From positions 23,808,001 to 23,872,000 of the forward strand of contig CM060733.1 in NCBI GenBank assembly GCA_030704615.1: a DNA stretch of 64,000 nt, in the 5' to 3' direction. The position numbers were made by a program, and so were the translations under genes. The notes beneath the pieces are model-generated. The model saw only the letters and a program-made list of their open reading frames with translations, did no database searches and was not told where the DNA came from. Within the stretch, counting starts at the first letter, position 1; every line of letters starts with the position of its first letter. Positions 1-13,181 of this stretch are shown here, one piece after another. The stretch is from Takakia lepidozioides. Its lineage: Eukaryota > Plantae > Bryophyta.

Positions 1-1524
1 AAACTTTTGGAGCAGTCCGTGGGAAGTTTTGTTGAGCGATGAGAGAACTAGTACTCATGCTTTTCTCTTTAGACGAGGGACTTCACCTGTTTGCAGGATG
101 AGTTGGTGTGGCACGTTTAGACGTTCGATAAAGTCTGATAAAGTAAACCGTTGGTTTCTCACGAAGCGTTTAAGCTCCCTATCAATAAACACCTTTTCTC
201 AAAGGTACTTATATGCATGCTGTAAGGTGCTCTTTCTCTTCTCCTCTCTCTGCTCCCGTTTTGTCTGGAGGTGCAAAACAATTCAGAATGTATTTTCAAG
301 GCCTGGTCACCATTTGAGGTAAGGCCTTCCTGAGCTGGAGAGATCTGATCATCTCTTTATATTACTTCGTAACAGAAGTCTACCGGGGCCTGATTCCCAA
401 ACCGGCGCGCCAGTTCGAAAAGAGAGTCCACGAAAGACCAGGAAGAAACGAAGAAACCTGGAAGTAACTCATCTTCGAGGCCAATCCTTCCAAGATGCGT
501 GACTTGAACAACCAACTCGAAACACAAAGTACACGCAGTGTCAGGCCAGGCGGTACCTTGTGACCAGTATACAAAAAACACAAGTTGAATCAGCTCCAAC
601 GAAGACTAACTGCGCTACAGTTCACTCAACTCCTCCATCTTTTTTTGAGAAACAGAGTGATCAGCAGACTGTTGCTCCTTCCGTGTTTCGTCTGCGAGGG
701 TGATAGTATAAAAAAGCACGTTCACATTTGTTGGCCAGCATCTGCCATGCCAAGAAACTGTTATTGAACATAAACTTAATTATTCAAATTATTTCATTAG
801 AAATTAGAAATGCACGGTTCTTTTTTTCGGCTGATACTGTGCATTCGCTGCCAGTCTGGGGTTCAATCCCCTGTGGTTTCGTCTGCCTTCTCTATCCCTA
901 CTACATGGCTCAGAAAGGAGGTTAATTTTTCCCTTCGACGCCCCGTATCCGTGGCTCGGATTCCTAATAATAATAAGAATAACCTTACTGGGGCCAATGA
1001 GGTAGTGAGGAGGGGGAAAAAATTAATCCTCTTGCACATAAGCCATGAAGCATACAGTGGACTCGTGGACTCCATCCGGCGACCAGCCACGAAACCATAA
1101 CACAGAGTACAAGGTAGCAGGATTTGAGCCCCAAACCACTGCAGTGAACTCAATCCACCGTTCAATGAACATGAGTGTTACGCAATCTCCGGACGTTACC
1201 CTCATGGCCGTAAGTTATTTTCTTCCCACGGCCACCTTTTCTATAAAATTAAACATGTGCCTCTCAGTGTTCGGAAGATAATAGAAATAATGTAAGAACT
1301 TAATGCACACTTGCAAACTCTGACAGGATGGTACGCCGGTTTCCGGCATGTCAAATCTTCCCCACCCTCTATTGAGAGTGACATGGAACTGAAGGAGTGG
1401 AACCAAATCATGGCCTCTATCTAAGCCCAACTGCAATCTCTAGTGTCCTTCCAGTGACTTGATTTTGTAATTTAGTTAAATTTTTCAGCGACCAAAATTG
1501 TTTATAATTCCACAAGTCTAGGCC

Positions 1525-1880
1525 CACATGTCCAAATTTTGTGAAACCAAGTCGGTGCACCCCTACTCACCAAGGGCTTTCCAACGGTACTAAAATCGTG
1601 GCAAGAGGCCCGCGGTTTGGGAGATCTCAAAGATACTACAAACAATATTTTGAACGCCAATATTTAAAACAAGCCCAATTTACATTTATGTTTAGGTGCA
1701 CAAAAGACAAACGAAGGGCCAATCATTGTTCCAAGAAAGCCCACTTTGCTATTTTTCATGAATTTCCAAAGACCACAAGTACTAAAATTTCATATCTCCA
1801 ACACCGCAGGTCCAAAAATTATGAGACCAGGTCGGTGCACCTCCTCAACGAGGGCTTTCCAACGGTCCCGCGGTTTGGCT
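1525..1880 (+). repeat. Two diverged direct copies of a ~70-100 bp motif (gtcggtgcacc...gggctttccaacggt...cgcggtttgg), probably an interspersed repeat or TE remnant
   Basis: Motif at ~1525-1625 recurs at ~1808-1880. Confidence 0.55.
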
Positions 1881-2228
1881 TGAATGAGGACAGCCCTGTA
1901 GGCAGAGAAATTCCCACACCACTTAATCTAAGTGTGATCAAGCCTGTCCCCATAGAAGTTCAGGAAACAGACAATGAAGTTCCGTCGCTTGTAGAAGATG
2001 ATGCCTAAAACGGCGATGGGCTCTCTTGCTTTGGCAAAACATAAGATTAATGTAAGAGTAAGGGGCACGACGCATCATAACACACCAATAGTAGGGTTCA
2101 CACGCGGTCCTTTGACCACATTTTCTCCATTGACTTCAACAGGTGACAAAGTCTCTCTCTAGAAGAGAGCCAACAGACAAACAAACATACATACAAACAA
2201 CCTTGCGTCATATATTGAAGAATCAGCA

Positions 2229-2295
2229 TGTAGCCCAATGGTCATGGGCACATACCGCATTGGATGTGGTTGTGGGTTCAAACCACGGTCTGGTG
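2229..2295 (+). repeat. tRNA-derived SINE-like head or degenerate tRNA
   Basis: A-box TAGCCCAATGG (2231-2241) and B-box GGTTCAAACC (2275-2284) at tRNA-like spacing. Related B-box motifs at ~860, ~1120 (minus) and ~2421. Cloverleaf is imperfect. Confidence 0.35.
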
Positions 2296-2787
2296 TGTCA
2301 TGAAGGTGTCCACCTTTCAGCTGGAAGGCAGTAGCCCTTGTGGTGAAGAGACACCATAAGTTACGCATCCTTCTGGAGGCGTCATACTTTACTCTATGAA
2401 GTGCCACCCAGGTGATTCTGGGTTCAAACCCTGCTGCCTGTGTGGTGTTAATCTTCTCTTGCTGGTTGGTGTCCAATGAGGGGCCTCATGGGAGGTTACT
2501 TTGAAAGAGGTAAAATTTCTCCTCTCGCTGTAATTAAGGTGCCTGATTTGAGCAGTTGCTCCAGGTTCCCTTTTTTTCTCTTAAAAAGACAATGAACATC
2601 ATATGACACTTATGGTTTTGGGCCAAGCCCAAGAAGACCAAGAGGAATTATTTGCCTACATGGTGTAAATAACTTTTGCCCCAACTGACCAACCTCCAGA
2701 GTCCAGCCAAGTTGAGCATTAAAAGCCACCCTCCAGCCCAAGACAAGCCCAAAAATCAGGTCCAAGATTTGTTGAGCTTGTGTAAAG

Positions 2788-3675
2788 CAGCCCTTGGATG
2801 GAAGTAAATGGAGGATAATCAGTGACACATACTCTTTTGGACTTGACTTAGACTGGGATGCACTCTACTTGCCGAAAGTACCTATATAGTAAGACAGAGA
2901 GGTTACAGTACTGGCTACCTCAAAATGGGATTGTTCAGTGGATATAAGTATCAGTTTCCATAGAATTGCTGAAGCAGAAGTAGCTCAATGCCAAAGCTCA
3001 ATTGGGTTTCTAGAATTACGCTCTGGGAGAGATCGATTGGGTACAGTACTACTCACATTTTAATACATGAACCTAGCCCGGTTTAGTAGGCTACTATCAA
3101 CTTATGTTCGCACCATTTCTGAATACATAACCCAGACTGTCTGCATGTACTGAGGATGCAGTACGTCCAAAATGCCCAGCTTCCCCAGGGTGCTGCTGTA
3201 AATGAGTCATACATGTATTTATGCTTCCTGCAGTGGAAAACATGATATTGTCACACTGTCCCACTGTGCTAAGTCAGGTGATCAAATTGCACATCTTTTA
3301 CGGAAATGGCTGCCTTCAATTTATGATCCCTTCAAGTGTGTGGTACAGCCGATATCTGGATATTGGTCAATCCTTCAGATACCAAGGCCGGATTTAATTT
3401 CGGTCAAAATATCAAGAACAGTTGCAGTGCACAGACCATGAAGATGGCCTGCCCTTCACAAAGTGCTGCAGGTTTTGTTGCATCCGACGACAACAGTGTG
3501 TCTGTCATCATTCTGTTCCTCTCAATCTTCTTAATCTCTTGATCCTTTCTTCTTAGGTAACTCTCAAGACTTTCATTCATTGCTCGAGTCTGCAATTGAA
3601 GTGTAATGCATCAGTGCTGTCAAGGAAAACATCAAACATTCAACCGCTATGAATGCTCTAGATGCTCAAAGCTGT
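2788..3675. repeat. Diverged ~0.85 kb direct repeat, copy 1
   Basis: Collinear with 15077-15910 from 'aaatggaggataatca' to 'tgctctagatgctcaaag'. Confidence 0.85.
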
Positions 3676-6600
3676 GTGTGTTTGTGTGTAGTTATGATAG
3701 TGGGCAGTGTATTGAATATTGGAGCGTTTATAAGGCGTGAGTGTTCATCATACTCGACACTGCTTACTCCTGAAAGCAATCACGCCACCCTACTCGATCA
3801 ATTTTCCTGCCCCACTATGCAATTTATTCTATTTTCCATTTCTGGTGCTATTAAATGTGTGAATTATCACTTTGTTTTTTCTTTTCTTTTTCTTAATCGT
3901 TCTTTTTAGAGAACACTTTCCCATTGAAGAAAAGCAGCACCCCGTAGGGATGAATAACGCTGTGGATGGATGATAAATGGGGAAATAGATGAACAGAGGG
4001 GGACACAGTAACGGCCACACGGAGGAAAATTCAAAAGCGCGGGGCACCGTCATAACGGCTACCCCACTCCCGCCCGTTACCTGCCGCCGGCACCCCCTAC
4101 AGCCCGTCGCCACCGGCTCCAAAGGTCACGCACTCCCTGCCACCTTCTCCACCCACCTTTTAGTATTTAGCCGTATTCTCGAATACCAGCTAATTGATAC
4201 GGCCATGATAGCTGTATAGATACGCTCACCAGCACAATCATAGCTGTATTGATACCCTACCTTTAGCCTTCAACCGGCTCACCCAATTACGTATTTATAT
4301 AGAAATGACGGGATGAAATCATTGAAAATAATGAAAATAATAGCGCGACTGGCAGGTGTTAGGAGACTTCCCAGAAGCAGATTTCCGTTAAGGTTAGTCG
4401 GTACTGTTCTGTTAGTAAAGAAAAGGAAATTTCACAAGAAACACATGGGCGTTAGTAAGTAGTGAGTCAGTGGTAAGTAGATACGTGCATAGTCGCGAAA
4501 AGTGTGCCGATTCCCAGTGGTGCACGTTGAAGCTGACCGGGGGAGCCGGTCAACGCCTGCCCGGTTTAGAAAAGGGTTTCTTGCGGTGGGAATATGTTTG
4601 GCCACCTTATTGAATGGGCCGAAGAGGGTGGCGTCGACCGGGCGGGCCGGTGGAGGCGGAGGAGAGAGTGGAGACGATGGCGTCTTCAAAGCTCCCACGT
4701 GTGCTTCTGCTCCGTCTGCGTCTGCAAGAAAGCTCTGAGGGAGCCGCTCTCATAACTCCTTCATGTCCACCGTCTGTCACGCCGCCGGCCACTGCATTCA
4801 TAACCGTGCTTCTTTTCATGTTTTGCAACCGGCTTTTCTCTTGTGAGTCTTGGTAAAGTAGATTACTTAGATCGCCTTTTACTCCAGTGGAGCTTCTCAC
4901 AACAGTCTCAGCGCGGTGGATTAGGTAGCTGGATGATTTCTGGAGTTTCTATTCCTTCCAGTTCTTTCGCTCTCCTTTGTTGTGTGCGAGGAGCGTTTAA
5001 AGACCGGATTTTGTGCCCATTGATGTCAGCTGTTAAATGGCAATTACTTTCGTGGCTATGACTGCAGCAATCGGTGCAGTGGTTACGTATACCGTATGTC
5101 CTTATGGTTTCTGCATTCTTTCCTAGTCTCTTCTCTTTCTCTTACCTGCTCCAGGCTCTAGACAAGCTATATCAATACAGGGCGGAATTCGCGGACATTT
5201 TGAAACTTGAGACTGCGGTGTCACCAGCTCGGTCGCTCCACCTTACCTGTTGCGCGCTTCAATCCTATATGTGAAGGTAGCTGTATGTCGTGCTTTCTAC
5301 TTTGTGTAGTTCTTGCAGCCTCCCTCTGCTTAGATTCTCTCATGTAGTTTGCAATATGCCTTCCAATCGACTCAAGCGACGTCATCCGATTGTGGAATGG
5401 GGAGCCTCTCTGCCTGGTGGATCTATGCTCCGAGTGGTCAAGTAATAATCTTCAAAGGAATATGTTTTGTCACTCTTGCCACAGGAATGGTCAATGGTTT
5501 TAAGCTTTTCTTGAAGGCCCATGCACATGTCGGCCAACTTGCATACATGATAACTAGATTGTGATTCTTTTGTCACTCTTTTTGTTGCCCGTGAGGTGTA
5601 GCGACCTTCACAACATTTTTTACGGGAAGTTGTTTTGTCAATCTGTCTTCATTAACGTCCAGTGGCTTTTTTACTTTTGGCTCTTGAAGTCCCTACATTC
5701 GTACTTGAAGGCTTCCATGTGGCAATACGCCTTGATATAACTAGCTTGTGATCCTTTTGACACTGATCATTTCTTGCTCGATCGGTTTCACAGGTCTAGC
5801 AACCTGAGCAACTCCACGCTACAATAATACAACACTCGATCTCGGAAGGTGACTTTCAACTGTTTCTTTACATGATCTCTTTGTGCGTAGTACAACTGGT
5901 GGTAGCCTGCGATATTCAGGAACTTAATCAGATTGAAGATACTTCGTTGTGGAGTGCTTCCTTTATTATAACAAGTCGCATGCTTCAGACTCCCTGAAAT
6001 TTTTTGGCAGTAAATCACTCGATGATTTGGATGCAGGGGTCAGTTTGCCAGCCCCTAGAAGGGAGGTATAAATTAGTGTAGTTCACCTGTACATTAGCAA
6101 TGCGCTACACTTCCAGGAACATTGGAAAGGTTTCCGGGCAGGAATAAGAGAGGGCGTGCAAACCTGTAAACCAAGAGGTGAGATTTGAGTTGGCAGGAGT
6201 GAGGTACACTTGTGCAAGAAATACCGGGTACTTTGTCCTCCCTCTTGAAAGTTTAAGAAACTTTTTCTTAATCTTGGCTGCTGGTAGACCTGGACTAAAA
6301 GCAGACAAGTCAGTAGAGAAAATATTATATCATGTGCTTTTTGAAGCACTTTGACATCTCTACTGTATGTCTGCTGTCATGGTGCTCTTGAGACATTGCA
6401 TTAACAGATCTCATTGTGTCTGAATAAAATGCAGATTTGGCTCAAGTGAATATGCCTTGGTCTGAACGGAAAATCCAGTCCTAGCATTGAGATCCAGCTG
6501 GCCCCTGGGTGCTGTCACAACATGTCACGACTCATGAAGTGGCATCACCCTTGCACATTCTGGGCATGGTTGCCAAATTGCTAGTTGTGACAACACTGCT

Positions 6601-7453
6601 ACTGCTTGGAGCATTCTTGTTGGAATACAGTGAGTTTGAACTTCCCCTTTGCATCACCAAGGGTACTCAGGGATCCACAACAAAATAAAAAAACCTTCCA
6701 GCAAATGCTGCTCCTCAGCCAGTGCTTATTCCGGGCTTATTGCTTGCTTTCTCTCATGTAACACTGGAAAAACGTAAGTTGCTCCAATGGTTGCATATCA
6801 GGACCATGTTGGGGTTGGTAGTTATAGCGCAGGTCATAACTTCTTGGTCAACTCCAAGGAGCCCAGTGCCACATCTAGATTGGTTAGCTACTTGAGATTC
6901 AGTGGGGAAGGGGCCTTAGATTTATTCCAGTGCATCAAAGATTGAAGCAGCCAGGGGATAATCACAGTCCATATTCTAGCGAGCCTGGTAAGGACAATGC
7001 ACCAAAAAGTCACACTGCCACACTTCTATACATTTTATCTCAACAATTCAAACTGATATTCATAGAAGTGTGTGTATTAGTTTCAATCTATAAGGCTGCT
7101 ATTTCTTTCCTTGTTTCCATCCTGTTAGCAGTTCATGAATTACAGCATTGTTTCATTAAATTGATAATCAAGTAGGCATCTGTGATAGCAGATTCGCAAA
7201 AACCAGAATAGGACAGGTGTCACTCCATTTCAGGGCAGCTATCCAAGAGGAAGGGGAGGGTGGCACCTAAGCTATTTTAACTAGATGCCTGAGGTTTTGC
7301 TTTTACATGTTGTTGTGATTCTAAGAGATACAGATTGACTGAGGAGACTGTTCTGGACCCTGGTGGTACAGACTTGCCAAAAGTCAGTTATTATGGCTTA
7401 CAATGATACTCTCTTATTCACAGATCTTTTCTGCACACAAGTCTGGTGAAACC

Positions 7454-8462
7454 ATGGTCTACAACAATTTGAGTTTGACCGTGGCAACAGTCAAGACAAG
7501 ATTGCAACCTACCCCTATTGGGTCCGATTTTTCAAATGTACACTTCGACTATTGTTTGTTTGATCCTGAAGCAGACTATGTCCAGGTCAGCAAACCTCTG
7601 TTGGTGCTTTTGGCAAGTACAGACTCTTAGAAACTTGACCTCTGTATAAGGGGTAGCGTGTATGCATGTTGATGAAGTTACCGTTTACTTGATGGGTTTA
7701 AGGTAGGGCTTATGCTTTATCCATGATGTTGCTGGAAAACACTTCCAAGTTCCCAAAGCCAAGGTAAACTTCATCTCTGACTCAATAATCAAGAGTCGTC
7801 CTTTCTGCACAGTCGGACGACATTTAGTTTGCATCATAAGAGCCCTGTTATTGTAGTTATAGAGTTTGGGAAATTGTGTGCAGGTGCTTGATGAAGCCAG
7901 AAAGCATGCATTGACATCTCCAAATCTGTTGTTGCCGGCTGTGACCAATGAGAAGTGGCCTCCTCCAACTCATGGCTTGAGCTGCCCTCCCCTTGCAAAG
8001 ACATGCAGCCCTCATCAGCAGCACACCATGAACATAGACTTTTTGGAGTTTCAGCTTCCAGGAGCTCCACTGCATACTTGTGTTCAAGGTAGCAACAAAG
8101 TGGGGGGCCGGACTTTCTGGAAGAACCTGTTCTTCTGGCGTCGAGGTAAGAAGAATGCAGTAGGGTCTTACAGCGAGAGTCCCACTCTTCCAAGGCCTGA
8201 ATTCAGACCCCCTGTCAAAATTCTGGGCCGACCTGTTCCTGCAGCAGCTTTAGACCCTCCGAGTAAAAGGGCAAAATCAGGCCCTATATATTCAGATGGT
8301 ATCTCGGTGTTACCTTCTCACCAGTTGAATCGACCAGTTTCTGGCCCAATTTCTAGTACAGTGAAGGTGCTGAGACCTAGCAAAAGTGACAGTAACAGAT
8401 CTCCCTATTTGCCTTTGCACCGCACCAAACGTATTCCTTCTGGTCCCTTGTATCTACCGTAG
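7454..8462 (+). CDS. Uncharacterised plant-specific protein, 2 coding exons (7454-7585, 7884-8462; 236 aa)
   Basis: Phase-0 GT-AG intron joins FDPEADYVQ|VLDEARKH. Motifs FWKNLFFW, SGPIY, SGPIS, PYLPL and SGPLYL resemble a conserved land-plant family of unknown function (recalled, not searched). Confidence 0.75.
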
Positions 8463-9365
8463 ACCAGGTTTTGGACATGGATATCTCCGCACTCACATAC
8501 AGCACCACGCAAAGGTGTATGCATACAACTTGAAAGGTTGAAGTTGCCAGTATAGCTCACTTAGAATACATTGGGGAACATTGCTTAGATCTGCTGCACA
8601 ACTGTGGCTGTTTGAGAGTGTACAGTTAGCTGTAAACAAAATTGATCCCCCAAGTGATTGTAGGTAATATGTACATCGAGAAATGTGCCGGCTAATCAAT
8701 CATCCAGTTGATGATAATGGGCATTTTTCTCTTCTGAAACTGCTGTGAACAGGCTGTGCTTCTGTCATATACTTACTCCCTTGCAAGTTTGGCACATGCC
8801 TTTATAGTTGTTTGCATGTTATTTTTAACTGAATACTGCTCAGTGTGAGCTTCGTGGTGAAGTTGTAGAGGATACATTTAGAACCATCCTGACTACCCTC
8901 CCTTTCTAGGAGAAGGAGCTTCTAACTTTAGCCGGCAGTCTTATCTCTTGGGGAAGTTCCATATGTGACCATGGGGTAAGATTACTGGACACCCCCTTTC
9001 CACAAGCAAGCTCTGTTACATACAGAATAAAGTTATCTGTAAAGTGAGGCTGAGTTTGGTACCCAGTTTGGACCCGAGTTTGAGTAAATTCGTGAAGCTC
9101 AAAAATCTGGGCACCAAGTCAGAAACGAGGGAACCAAATCAAAAATTGGGGATAAGGGCACCGCGAGTTGTGACAGCTTGGCACTGCCTCTGCCTGAGGA
9201 ACAAAATTTGGGTCCAAACTTTCACCACGACCATTTCCCTATGTCCTGGCAGTTTAGTCCCGTGATTTTTTGTAATAGGTAGTACCCTCAGTTGGTTTCT
9301 CGTGTAACTCTTGTTAGTCCATTTTATACTTAACCAAATTTGGACAGTCAAATTTCGAGACCAAG

Positions 9366-9590
9366 TGTGAGTTACATCGAGAGGAGTTACACTCCATTCT
9401 GTGTAACCTTGAGTGGAGTTACACACCTCGCCGTGTAACCCAATATAATCCCAAGTGGAGTTACACACCTCATCGTGTAACCCCAGTGGAGTTACAAACC
9501 TCGTTGCGTAACCCAATGTAACCCCAAGTGGAGTTTCACACCTCGTCGTGTAACCGAGTGTAATCCCGACTCGAGTTTACACTCCTTCAG
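9366..9590. repeat. Tandem array of hairpin units (GTTACAC-N8-GTGTAAC), ~30-43 bp period
   Basis: About 6 units of gtggagttacacacctcgccgtgtaaccc with variants. Confidence 0.85.
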
Positions 9591-9609
9591 TTCCATGTCA
9601 CTCTCAAGA

Positions 9610-10155
9610 GAGGGTGGGGAAGATTCGACATGTCGAAAACTGGCTTATCATCCTGTCAGAGGTCACACGTGTGCATTAAGTTCTTACATTAGTCCTATTA
9701 TCTTCCTATTAAAAGTATCTGTGAAGGGTCCCAAACTTGGACATGAGAACCCTGAACTTTGCAGCCTGCAAGGGAGTAAGTACATGAGAGAAGCACAGCC
9801 GCTGAACTTAGCAGCAAGCAATGCTACCACCTTACCATCATGCTACCCACAGCAGCTTGAAACCCACTTGGATTCTGAAGTATTTAATAGTGAAACGGAG
9901 GTAAGTGGGGTGGGGAAGATTTGACAAGGGCCTCGCCAGTACCATCAGATCACGCGCCTTCCATTAAGAATTGACCGCCGAACTTTGCCGCCTGCAATGC
10001 TACCACCTTACCATCGTGCTACCCACAGCAGCTTGAAACCCACTTGGATTCTGAAGTATTTAATAGTGAAACGGAGGTAAGTGGGGTGGGGAGGATTTGA
10101 CAGGGGCCCCGCCGGTACCGTCAGATCACACGTGTCCATTAAGTTCTTACATTGT
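9610..10155 (+). repeat. Local tandem duplication (~177 bp unit, two near-identical copies plus one partial copy)
   Basis: 9819-9958 matches 9995-10135; 9612-9690 matches the unit's 3' part. Confidence 0.85.
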
Positions 10156-10635
10156 TCATATTGTCTTAAGGAATATCAGCACAATATTAGCAATTGCATT
10201 TCAATAGCTTCTTGTTACAGTTTCAGTTTGTGTACATGTTGCTTCGCATGTGTCCTCTGAGGTGTAGGAATTTTCTTTTTTACCTATATGTCACTTCTCT
10301 ATACATTCGTGAAAGCGCTTAGATGTGGAGGTATTTCCACACATTCCAGCAATTCTTGTGTAGACATACATTGAACAATTCTTGTGAGATATGCAAAGAA
10401 AGATGTACATATTTATGAATGTGGTACTTTATACAGGTTGCGTACATGTGCATAATTTTCCACCTTTTTTTCCAGTGGGCAAACTACGCTAAGTACATGC
10501 CTACTTTTCGCTGTCCTCGCAGACTGGGCTGCGCTCACATTACAAGCAAACTCTTGCTAGTTGCTTGTTTGTTGTATGCAGGCCCGTTGATGTAGCGGTG
10601 CTGAAGCATCGTCCGCTTCACATGGAGATGTGGTT

Positions 10636-13181
10636 TTACGCATTCACAACCGATCCACCTGCAGTCACTCATTCTTAACACATCAGCATGGCGAACCTTC
10701 ACTTGGATAGCATATTCATTTGATACCAACAGATCGCTGATACTCTGGAAACATTTATCCTGGAGAGTTGTCTCAAGAAGAATGTAGATGGAGAATCAGC
10801 GCTTTTCATACTGTAGTGACAACGATACCAGCTTCCAGGTCAGAGACATGTAATGGATAGACGAGAGGTTAGTGCACAATTGTGGGTTCAAAATCTCATG
10901 TGTGTAACTGGTGTTGCATGTCATAAAGGAGTCCGCCTCTATCGGAAAGCAGTAAGCTTTGGGTGTCAAGCGACAAGAGTCCACTTTTTTCTTTTCTCAT
11001 GTTTTCTTCCATTTTGTCCGATAAGCTCTATGAGCTCTCCGCGGACGTTATAAAGCACCATTTCATTTCATTTCTCTCTTTTAGGAATTTGTAGAGACAA
11101 GGTATGAGAGGAAGAATGTTGGTGAGCGAGAATGGCAGTTACCATTGGGATGAAGGCACTGCCCAGTGAAGTAGGATGCGTCTTCGGAAGCAAGGAATAC
11201 ATAAGCAGTTGCGATTTCGTCAGGCTCCCCAGGACGCTGCATTGGGACTTTGGAACCAAACGATTCGGTTGGCATGGACGCTGGAATGAGTGGTGTCCAC
11301 ACTGGCCCTGGAGCTACAGCTGCACGTACCAGACCCACTCTCAATTGTCAGTACTAAAAGAGTTAATGGGAGATTTCACACTGCCAGAGATGAGCATGAT
11401 GCAGTCTGAAGAAAACAAAGCAGCAACTGTACAGAGCGAGCCTGCGGCAACTGCGTCTACAAACAACATATTGTAGAGAGGTATGAGAGCTATGCAGTCT
11501 TCACTCCCACGAGAGATTACAACTTACCATTTACTCGAATACCACGTTTCACCAACTGCAGAGCCAAGCATCGAGTGAAGGCCAGAATTGCGCCCTTGGT
11601 TGAAGTGTAGTCCAAGAGTACCGCATTGCCCTTGAAGGCATTCACAGATGTCGAATTGATGATGGAGCTTCCTTCTTTCATGTGCTTCAGCCCATGCCTG
11701 TTGAACAGGGTCACTCAGAATACAGTTACTACTTGATTATTGTCAGAGCCAATGCTCCAGGATTTGGAGGAGAATCGAGAGAATACTAGATGTCTTTACT
11801 AGCTAGGATCAGAGCTCTGAATCGAAACAGTATCGGTAGGGAAGTCGTGAGGCTATAGTCTTGAGATGACTCTGCATCTCGTGTGGCTTCAGACAATCGA
11901 TCACAGTTGAACAAATTTTGAGTACAGAGAGGAGGACTACTCACCGCACAAGATAAAACTGAGAGAAAATGTTAGTGCGGAAAGTACGCTCAAGCTGCTC
12001 CGGCTGTAAGTCTTCAATGTTCTCAACTAAGTGCTGCTCAGCAGCATTGTTCACCAGAATGTCGATTCTTCCATACTTTCCCACGACAGTGTCAATCACC
12101 TGTGAAGAATGCAGCGTCGAAAGGTCAATTTTTGGTATGTATGTCTTGTAAGTGCGTGTGCCTTCCTCGGACTTTTGACGAGTGAGCTCGTTGATAAACT
12201 GTTTTGCAACGATGCCTAATCTTCCTTCACAAGTCAAAGTTCTTCACTTTCCGAAACAACGTCTGTGCACATCGGTTGATCTAGTTAAAAAGGTCTACAA
12301 TTGTACCGCTAAAGAGAACCAAAGGTCCTACCTTTTTGCAGTTCTCGTCAAATCCAAGGTCGGTTTGGATCTTGATGGGGTCCTTAGCAGCAGATGTTTT
12401 GTGATGCTTAAGCAGATTGAGAGTGTCCTCGGCATCTTTGTCCTCTATGCCGGGCACGTATGTGAAAACCACGGTGGCACCTTCCAAAGTAAACAGGTAA
12501 CCCACTGCACGGCCTATTCCCGAGTCTCCTCCAGTGATGAGTGCAATCTTGCCCTGCATATAAAAAACCCGTGGAAGGGAACCTCTGCTAAATTTGTTTG
12601 TACTGACCAAGTCCAGAAACTCAAACAAGGGGACAGAGCAAGTGAGCTAAATCTGCATCGAGGAGAAGGCTCGGCTGCACATGCTCCACCTATGATTTGT
12701 ACTCATGGGCTTCAAATATGGAAAGAGGTTCATCACTAGGCAACATTTGTACATGTACATATAAGAGACCCCGGGTTACAGATTTCCAGATTTTCGAAAC
12801 TAGCACTTGCACGATCTGATCTGCATCGGGTATCACGTCCAGCTCTGATAGAAGTCATTGCACCATTACAGAACGTCCAAATCATCAAGCTCACGAATGA
12901 AAGGAATTGAAGCAAACTTATACCAGGACAACTACCGAGCTAGACATATCGAGCCCAGTACAAGCAGCATTTAAGGGGAATCCGCGCATAAAGAATAAAT
13001 GTAATGTTGTTGATTCACCGGGGATCCAGAAAGAAGCGGAAGAAGGTAGCACGGGTGTCTACAGACGATTAAGCTTTCCTGCTGCTTTGTATGGCCGGTT
13101 GAATCGAGGCAACGGGTCCATTTCATGTTCCTTCCCCGGGTGGGTCTCCTGCGACTGAGCAGGCTTCCCATTCTGAGCCAT
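10636..13181 (-). CDS. Short-chain dehydrogenase/reductase, glucose-and-ribitol dehydrogenase-like. Exons ~13181-13067, 12553-12332, 12099-11945, 11697-11528, 11319-11143, 10658-10636.
   Basis: N-terminal PGKEHEMDPLP, TGGDSGIG, NNAA, catalytic YTSTK, RVNAVAPGPVWTPL and HPNGGSVVNA*. Introns 2-5 are GT-AG and phase-consistent; the intron-1 donor is anomalous. Confidence 0.9.

Noticed and set aside
1-770. Short ORFs at the window start
   Set aside because: No recognisable domain or consistent exon structure.
2229-2295. Functional tRNA gene
   Set aside because: The T-arm and acceptor stem do not pair properly.
9366-9590. CRISPR-like array
   Set aside because: No unique spacers, units are degenerate, no cas genes, and the context is eukaryotic.
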